From contig QKMY01000058.1 of assembly GCA_003242895.1 (NCBI GenBank), positions 12,739 to 76,738 on the forward strand: DNA of 64,000 nucleotides, read 5' to 3'. How positions within the stretch are numbered: the stretch's first letter is position 1; each line of letters begins with the position of its first letter. Source of the stretch: Candidatus Margulisiibacteriota bacterium. Lineage in GTDB: Bacteria > Margulisbacteria > Riflemargulisbacteria > GWF2-39-127. Positions 57,721-64,000 of the stretch are shown here, piece by piece. A model generated the notes under the pieces. That model was not told the DNA's origin, ran no database searches, and saw nothing but the letters and a program-made list of their open reading frames with translations. The translations under genes were made by a program, and so were the position numbers.

Positions 57721-58431
57721 CTATAATGACTTTAACGATTGTATTTCTTCTTTAGTTAAATCTCTCCATTCCCCAAGCTTAATGTCATCCAGATTTATGG
57801 TATGAATTCTTATCCTTTTTAGCTGTACAACGGGATATCCAACTTTCTGGCACATCCTGCGTATTTGCCGATTCTTTCCTTCTACGAGCGTAATAAGGAA
57901 AGAATTTGGGCCTCTCCTTTTAACCGCTGCTGATTTCGTCTTAACTCCCCATAAACTAATTCCGGTGCGCAATTTTTCCAGAGCTCCGTCAGGAATCTGT
58001 CCAACAACTTTGACATAATACTCTTTTTCGCAATGGCTTTCTTCTCCGATAATCTTCTTTGGAAGCGAAGAATCATTGGTAAACAGCAAAAGACCACTAC
58101 TGTCTTTATCCAATCTCCCTATCGGCGCCAAACCCTTCTCATGTTTAACGAGATCGTACACGGGCTTCCCCTCTTCCTCATTCGTAGAAACTACGTATCC
58201 GGTAGGTTTATTGAGGGCAATATAGGTCCTTTGGCTTTCCAATTCCGAAACATCGAAGGCATATGAGACTTTTTCGTTTTCAGGATCGATTTTACGTCCT
58301 GGATTTCTCTCAATCTCGCCATTAACTAAAACAGCTCCATCTTTAATGAGATTATCAGCTTCCCTGCGAGAAGAAATATTGTTTATTGCCATATATTTAT
58401 TTAAACGTATCAATCTTTCATCTGAATTCAT
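57721..58431 (-). CDS. rRNA pseudouridine synthase (RsuA/RluB family, S4 domain)
   Basis: 236 aa; S4-like N-terminus (RLNKYMA...ISSRREADNLIKDGAVLVNG) and catalytic GRLDKDSSGLLLFTND motif. Confidence 0.8.
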   Translation of the reverse strand: MNSDERLIRLNKYMAINNISSRREADNLIKDGAVLVNGEIERNPGRKIDPENEKVSYAFDVSELESQRTYIALNKPTGYVVSTNEEEGKPVYDLVKHEKGLAPIGRLDKDSSGLLLFTNDSSLPKKIIGEESHCEKEYYVKVVGQIPDGALEKLRTGISLWGVKTKSAAVKRRGPNSFLITLVEGKNRQIRRMCQKVGYPVVQLKRIRIHTINLDDIKLGEWRDLTKEEIQSLKSL

Positions 58432-58599
58432 ATTAACAAAAGCCCCTTATCTCTAAATAGTATAATGTTTAATTCTTCTTTTTTGTATTATTATATAATT
58501 ATAGGCGTGCTGCAAATAATTATTGCTAATTATACTACCTATTAAATAATAATTGAAATTATTTTCATTTTTTATCGAAAATATAGTAAAGGGAAAAAA

Positions 58600-59097
58600 A
58601 TGAAATTCGTTAACAAACTATTATTTGTTTTATTAATCTCAGTAATTGCTTCTGCCGTAACCGGATGCGGAAACGTTATTACCCAGACGACGGAGCAAAA
58701 TCATATAAATGTCACAGCAAATCAGGAACAACCCGATTTTTCTTACCAATTCGACATACAGAAAATTGAAGGTAAAACATACAAAATCGGATTCAAAATC
58801 ACCAACAATGGTTCTCGTGCAGTAAATATTACATTCCCTAACACTCCGGTATCCTATCTTTACAGAATCAATGACACCAAAGAAAATCTATTAAGCAACT
58901 TCGGAGATGATTCAGGTATATATCAAGACGGCATACTCACTGCCCTATCGACAATAACCATTGAACCGGGAACATCATTCTATAGAGAAAGCTTCCCATA
59001 TACCAAGGACAACGAATCAGTGCTCACTATCTCAAATCAGGTATTCTTTTCTTGTGACGGCAAAGGATATAGCGAAATAATCAACGGTACTTTTTAA
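58600..59097 (+). CDS. Hypothetical lipoprotein
   Basis: 165 aa; lipobox-like signal (LISVIASAVTGCGN). Confidence 0.5.
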   Translation: MKFVNKLLFVLLISVIASAVTGCGNVITQTTEQNHINVTANQEQPDFSYQFDIQKIEGKTYKIGFKITNNGSRAVNITFPNTPVSYLYRINDTKENLLSNFGDDSGIYQDGILTALSTITIEPGTSFYRESFPYTKDNESVLTISNQVFFSCDGKGYSEIINGTF

Positions 59098-59120
59098 TTA
59101 ATTAAGTTTTTTTATTAAAA

Positions 59121-59150
59121 AAGACATCCTTCCTCGGTATGTCTTTTTTT
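59121..59150 (+). terminator. Rho-independent terminator candidate after the lipoprotein gene
   Basis: Hairpin AAGACATCC...GGTATGTCTT followed by TTTTTTTGTTTTTT. Confidence 0.45.
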
Positions 59151-59329
59151 GTTTTTTAAAATAACGATTTAATGAAGCATTTCATCTCCCACAGGCAAAG
59201 ACTTCCTCCGCCTAAATATTTAAGATTCTATTGATATCTATCTATTTTATTAATATTTGCTAATAGAGTCTTTTTTACTTATAATAAGATATTCATGACA
59301 CTTAAAAAACTAAACAAAAAGGATAGTAT

Positions 59330-62083
59330 ATGAAAAAGCTTTTTATCATTGATGGGCATTCGATTGCCTATAGAGCCTATTTCGCGCTACCAAACACGAT
59401 GAAAACCCAGACAGGATTATCATCTAACGCGATCTACGGGTTTACCTCCATGTTGCTTAATATTATCCTTAATGAAAAACCGGATTATATTGCGGTAACC
59501 TTTGATCGAAAAGAACCTACTTTCCGGCATACCATGTACACTGAATACAAAGCCCATAGACCGATACCTGATAAAGAGTTCATCGAACAGCTTCCTGTTA
59601 TAAAAAAAATGGTTGATACGCTCGCAATAAAGCATTTTGAAATTGCCGGCTATGAAGCTGACGACATTATTGGGACCATTGCGCTTAAAGCTGAAAAGCA
59701 CGGAATCGCTACCGTAATAGTCACGGGAGATCTTGATGCTCTCCAGCTTGTAACTGATGACATCTCTGTATTAACCACCAAAAGGGGAATATCGGATACT
59801 ATCCTTTATAATCCTGAAGAAGTGAAAAACAGATTCAGGCTGGCACCTTCCCAAATTGTCGATCTCAAGGGGTTAAAAGGCGACCCGTCAGATAATATAC
59901 CCGGGGTTCCGGGCATCGGAGAAAAAACAGCAACAAAATTATTACTAGAATTCGGATCAATAGAAAACATTATTAATCATCTTAATGAAGTTACCCCACC
60001 TACCCTGCAAGATAAAATAAAAAACAATATTGATTTAGCCCGATTAAGCTATCAGCTCGCTAAAATCAACACAGAGGTCCCACTTGATCTCGATATCAAC
60101 TCGTTAAGTACCAAAATAAACTGGAAGGAAACAAAACTATTTTTTCAAGAACTACAATTCGCAACCTTAATTAGCAAAATACCAAGAGAGTCTCATCAAA
60201 CAAACTCGGCACCACAGTCAAACCATATTAAAGGAAACTACAGAGTTCTACTTCTAAATGAAGAACTTAATGAATTAAGAGACACACTTGTTAATATTAA
60301 TGAGTTTTCCTTTGATTTTGAAACCACTTCTACCAATACAATGGAAGCAGATATAGTTGGAGTATCATTTTGCTGGAAGGAAGGAGAGGCGAGTTATATC
60401 CCTTTCCCACAAAAACATGTCGGAACAATACAGCAAGACCTCTTTAGCAGTCCGGAAAAAAATTATTCCCCGTTGAGTAGCGGCCTTGAAAAGACAAAAA
60501 TACTCGAATTCCTCAATGCTATATTCGATAACCCTAATTCAATAAAAATCGGGCAGAACATTAAATTTGATATTAACATCCTAAAAAATGCCGGAGTATC
60601 AGTCAAAGGGTTTCTCTTTGATACAATGCTGGCAGACTACCTGCTAGAACCTACTCGTACATTTCATAATCTGAAGTTTTTATCGCAGCATTATTTTAAT
60701 ATTACAATGACCCCGATCACTGAGCTTATCGGTACAGGGAAAAAGCAGATTACCCTTGCTCAAGTCCCTATCGAGAAGGTTGCTCAATACTGCTGTGCTG
60801 ATGCTGATATGACTCTTAGGTTAAAAACCCTGCTTGCATCCAAATTGCAGGAATCCGACTTATTTTCTTATTACAAAGACTTTGAAGAACCATTGATCCA
60901 TATTCTCTCTGATATGGAAGTTACCGGAATCAAACTTAATCTCGATTATTTAAGCACCCTAGCAAAAGAACTGAGCGGAAAAATAAAAAAGGAAGAAGAA
61001 AATATATACATACTTGCAGGTGAACATTTTAATATAAACTCTCCTCAACAATTAGGAGATATTCTTTTCAGAAAGCTTGGACTTCCCCCCGTAAAAAAAA
61101 CACGAACCGGGATATCAACAGATATTGAAGTACTCGAAATACTGGCACAGAATTATGAAATTGCACAAAATCTCATCGTATACAGACAATTATCAAAACT
61201 CAAAAACACCTATGTTGATACGCTACCGCAACTAATTAACAGAAAAACAAAAAATATTCATACAACATTTAATCAAGCAATCACTGCTACAGGACGTCTC
61301 AGCAGCTCGAATCCAAACTTACAGAACATCCCTATCAAAACTGAAATCGGCAGCAAAATAAGAACGGCATTCATACCTTCAAACCCGAATAACTATCTCG
61401 TTTCGGTTGATTATTCGCAAATGGAATTACGTATCCTTGCAGAATTATCAAAAGACCCGCTATTAACCGAGTCGTTCATGCAGGGAGAAGATGTCCATAC
61501 TGCAACGGCTGCAATACTTAATGAGATACAAGCAGAACTGGTAACCGATGAAATGCGACGTAAAGCCAAAGTCATTAATTTTGGGATTATTTATGGTATG
61601 AGTTCGAAAGGTCTTGCGGACTCGCTGCATATTTCTTATTCAGAAGCTAATCAGTTCATATCCCATTATTTTGCAAAATACATTGGAATCAAAAACTATA
61701 TAGACCGGACTATTGAAGAGGCAACAAAATCCGGAGTAGTAAAAACTTACTTTGGTCATATTAGACATATACCTGAACTAAACCTACCAAATCAACAAAG
61801 AAAAAAAGCTGCCAACCGCATTGCGGTTAATACTGGTATCCAGGGAACTGCCGCAGACATTATGAAGCTCAAAATGTCCAGTATTAGTAAAATTATTAAT
61901 TCGTTACCCTTCTATGCAAGAATGCTCTTACAAGTTCATGACGAACTTGTTTTTGAAGTTGATAAAAACCATATAAATGAATTTAATGAGCTTATAAATA
62001 AAGAAATGCAGGTAATCCCCGGGTTTACAATTCCTTTTCCTGTCTCGATCGCATATGGAACGAACTGGAAAGAAGCCAAATAA
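59330..62083 (+). CDS. polA: DNA polymerase I
   Basis: 917 aa; 5'-3' exonuclease N-terminus, 3'-5' exonuclease-like middle, polymerase motifs (RRKAKVINFGIIYGMS, QVHDELVFEV). Confidence 0.95.
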   Translation: MKKLFIIDGHSIAYRAYFALPNTMKTQTGLSSNAIYGFTSMLLNIILNEKPDYIAVTFDRKEPTFRHTMYTEYKAHRPIPDKEFIEQLPVIKKMVDTLAIKHFEIAGYEADDIIGTIALKAEKHGIATVIVTGDLDALQLVTDDISVLTTKRGISDTILYNPEEVKNRFRLAPSQIVDLKGLKGDPSDNIPGVPGIGEKTATKLLLEFGSIENIINHLNEVTPPTLQDKIKNNIDLARLSYQLAKINTEVPLDLDINSLSTKINWKETKLFFQELQFATLISKIPRESHQTNSAPQSNHIKGNYRVLLLNEELNELRDTLVNINEFSFDFETTSTNTMEADIVGVSFCWKEGEASYIPFPQKHVGTIQQDLFSSPEKNYSPLSSGLEKTKILEFLNAIFDNPNSIKIGQNIKFDINILKNAGVSVKGFLFDTMLADYLLEPTRTFHNLKFLSQHYFNITMTPITELIGTGKKQITLAQVPIEKVAQYCCADADMTLRLKTLLASKLQESDLFSYYKDFEEPLIHILSDMEVTGIKLNLDYLSTLAKELSGKIKKEEENIYILAGEHFNINSPQQLGDILFRKLGLPPVKKTRTGISTDIEVLEILAQNYEIAQNLIVYRQLSKLKNTYVDTLPQLINRKTKNIHTTFNQAITATGRLSSSNPNLQNIPIKTEIGSKIRTAFIPSNPNNYLVSVDYSQMELRILAELSKDPLLTESFMQGEDVHTATAAILNEIQAELVTDEMRRKAKVINFGIIYGMSSKGLADSLHISYSEANQFISHYFAKYIGIKNYIDRTIEEATKSGVVKTYFGHIRHIPELNLPNQQRKKAANRIAVNTGIQGTAADIMKLKMSSISKIINSLPFYARMLLQVHDELVFEVDKNHINEFNELINKEMQVIPGFTIPFPVSIAYGTNWKEAK

Positions 62084-62155
62084 AGTCTGCATAGCAAAAT
62101 TTACTATTGAGCATACTCAAATACCTCCGAACCCTGAATTCTTCCGGCAAAAGGG

Positions 62156-62184
62156 TTATCAAATGCCTGGTTTAGGTCTATAAT
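62156..62184 (+). promoter_or_regulatory. Candidate sigma70-type promoter for the small membrane-protein gene
   Basis: TTATCA (62156-62161), 17-nt spacer, TATAAT (62179-62184), about 55 nt upstream of the ATG at 62241. Confidence 0.3.
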
Positions 62185-62240
62185 ATACTCGTGAGTTTTG
62201 ATCCTCTAACATCAAGCAAATTTCCCAAAGGATTAATATT

Positions 62241-62504
62241 ATGAAAAAAGAAACCTTCTCGTTTATAGCTATGGTTATACTTATGGCTATCGGCGGCTTA
62301 TATCAATATTCGTTTTTGTGCGGCACAGGGCTTATTATATATGGTCTACATGGCGCAGTAGCAAAGGAATACAATAACGGCAGCAAAAAAGTGGAAGGCA
62401 TGAGTGCTGCAATTTTAGGTCTATTATTTATAATGACAGGGGTAATTATTATCATTCATAGCTATAAATATGGTGTCAACTATATGTGGCATAGATGGAG
62501 CTAA
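62241..62504 (+). CDS. Small hypothetical membrane protein
   Basis: 87 aa with two hydrophobic helices; RBS-like AAAGGATTAATATT before ATG. Confidence 0.4.
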   Translation: MKKETFSFIAMVILMAIGGLYQYSFLCGTGLIIYGLHGAVAKEYNNGSKKVEGMSAAILGLLFIMTGVIIIIHSYKYGVNYMWHRWS

Positions 62505-62563
62505 TGTCCAGATGAAAATAAGCACCTAGCATGGAATGAAAATACCAAACTAGGTGCATTGAG

Positions 62564-62791
62564 TTATTCTACTTCTCCTATACCTTTTGCAACATCAATT
62601 GGGCTAGTATAGGTTTTATCAGGAATCCTTCTAAGAATGTCAAGAATATCACTTGTTGCTCCGTGATTTTGTGCAAATTGAACCATGGAATCCCTTGAAG
62701 CAGGAAAATCGATCCCTTTTAAATACTTTTCTATAGCAGCTGGACTTGGATTTGGCATATAATATTCCCCCCCTTTGTTTTTAAATAACAC
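62564..62791 (-). CDS. DUF2795-like small protein
   Basis: 75 aa; internal sequence NPSPAAIEKYLKGIDFPASRDSMVQFAQNHGATSDILDILRRIPDKTYTSPIDVAKGIGEV is typical of this conserved family. True start is probably the internal Met (MPNPSP...). Confidence 0.5.
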   Translation of the reverse strand: MLFKNKGGEYYMPNPSPAAIEKYLKGIDFPASRDSMVQFAQNHGATSDILDILRRIPDKTYTSPIDVAKGIGEVE

Positions 62792-63431
62792 ATAAGTGCT
62801 GAGCGAAGTATATGCATTTGCGGCTATTGGTCAAGCTCAAATATATTATAGACTGAAGGAAGAAATTACTGCTTTTCATTATAATTTGATAAATAAAATA
62901 ATTAAAGGTTTGGTTGGAATAGATAAAAAATTTGCCGCAAAGATCAAAAAACTTCGAAAATCCAAAGGGATTACGAAAGAAAAGTTTGCACATGGACTCA
63001 ACATATCTTTGAAGGATTTGTTTGATTATTAAATTAATCTTGTAAAATTTAGTTTTCTCTGAAATTTTCACAGTCTTAAAAGCAATTTATTCCATTTTAA
63101 ATTTTTTACTTTCTTGTAATGGAATTATTCCTTAACTTAGCTGACATGTTAAAATTTTGTTTCGATAAACTCCGCCAGTTTCTGCACTGCCGGATCAGCT
63201 ATATGATAAATTCTCTCGCTCTATAAAGTTCCAGTAGAACAGTAAGCCTGTGTATATGGCTCAATCCCTCAAGACGAGATGCGATATTCTGAACGTTGTT
63301 TTTTATCAACATACTGTGTTTCCTCTTTTTAAACCAAAGGTTCATAAAAAAACGACCAGTTAGAGTACATCTATATTAGAATATATTTGATATAATAATA
63401 TCAATAATATCTTAACACAGAAAGAAAAAAC

Positions 63432-64000
63432 ATGACTAATAAAGGGATTGTTTATAAAACTGCTGAGACGGAAGAAGATTATAAGGGGATTTATCTTGTA
63501 AGAAAAAGTATTTTTGTTGATCAATTCCACTATCGAGAAGATACGATTGTGGTAGAATCTTCACCTAAAGATAGACACTTTATCGCAATAAAAAATGAAG
63601 AAATAATAGGTTCTATCACTGTTTCAACACCAAAAGATGAGAAATTATCTATAGAGAACTATTTCGATATATCTTCATTTAAATCGAATAAGGATATCGA
63701 AATAAAAAAATTAGCAGTAAAAAATCCTACAAAAAATCTACTTGTAGGTCCTACATTAATAGCACTTGCCTATGAGTATATAAAAAGTTTATCTAAACAT
63801 AGAATATTTATTTTTGCCCCTATAGTAGGCAACTTATATCATGTGAAATTATGGGAAAAGTTTGGATACAAAATCGTAGGCAGTTTTAATTATGAACAAA
63901 TTTGTGATGCATATGCGATGTACTTGGATATTAATAGTTTTGAGTCAAGTACAGATTTTATTAAGAGTCGTGAATTCGCTAAAAGAAAATATTCTAAAAT
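63432..64000 (+). CDS. GNAT-like N-acyltransferase (partial, runs off window end)
   Basis: ATG 63432; open frame to the window end (189 codons, no stop); GNAT/N-acyl amino acid synthase-like composition. Not in the ORF track because no stop lies in the window. Confidence 0.45.
   Translation, partial: MTNKGIVYKTAETEEDYKGIYLVRKSIFVDQFHYREDTIVVESSPKDRHFIAIKNEEIIGSITVSTPKDEKLSIENYFDISSFKSNKDIEIKKLAVKNPTKNLLVGPTLIALAYEYIKSLSKHRIFIFAPIVGNLYHVKLWEKFGYKIVGSFNYEQICDAYAMYLDINSFESSTDFIKSREFAKRKYSK

Noticed and set aside
62084-62150. Possible terminator hairpin after polA (AACCCT...AGGGTT)
   Set aside because: The stem is short with a 17-nt loop and is not followed by a T-run; not convincing as an intrinsic terminator.
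62781-63071. Minus-strand 96-aa ORF and overlapping plus-strand 78-aa ORF (62796..63032) with an HTH-like tail (FAAKIKKLRKSKGITKEKFAHGLNIS)
   Set aside because: The minus ORF translation is low-complexity. The plus ORF has only a partial XRE-like helix-turn-helix that terminates prematurely; possibly a gene remnant, but too weak to call as a feature.
1-64000. CRISPR arrays, rRNA genes, transposases/integrases/IS elements
   Set aside because: No regularly spaced short direct repeats with unique spacers, no rRNA-like conserved segments, and no recognisable transposase or integrase motifs were seen on either strand.

Overview
Low-GC bacterial chromosome segment in two parts. Positions ~32,200-64,000 are ordinary housekeeping DNA: a pfkB-family kinase, CBS protein, lipA, an Lrp/AsnC regulator, an aminotransferase, a Firmicutes-style division/cell-wall cluster (mraY-murD-ftsW-murG-murC-murB-ddl-ftsQ-DUF881-ftsA-ftsZ), an SLH-domain OmpM-like porin, gpmI, secG, tRNA-Tyr, trmB, a U32 peptidase, a pseudouridine synthase and polA. 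Positions 1-31,650 are a minus-strand cell-surface region and are the interesting part. (1) A giant ORF (1..13696, minus) is absent from the supplied ORF track because it runs off the window edge with no stop; I translated it by hand as >=4,565 codons with a signal peptide, a Cys/Tyr/His-rich N-terminal module and many Ig-like repeat modules. It ends a six-gene co-directional operon: PorV-like outer-membrane barrel, a membrane protein with periplasmic TPR and a cytoplasmic FliG-like domain, a thioredoxin-like CxxC protein, a CcdA/DsbD-like membrane protein, an FGE/SUMF1-family protein, then the giant protein. (2) A second module (26206..31634, minus) has two secreted proteins whose mature N-termini both begin ANYGLI(A/G)IQA, flanking a two-domain chaperone-like gene. 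Between the modules lie tRNA-Pro, rdgB, purD and a PorV-like barrel fused to SLH domains. I propose, as inference only, a previously undescribed surface adhesin/fibre system with a dedicated thiol-redox/Cys-modification cassette and components reminiscent of type IX secretion/gliding machinery (GldK-like FGE protein, PorV-like barrels, FlgD-Ig/CTD-like cargo domain), in an organism with SLH/OmpM-type outer-membrane tethering. All family assignments are from motif recognition by eye; no database search was run.
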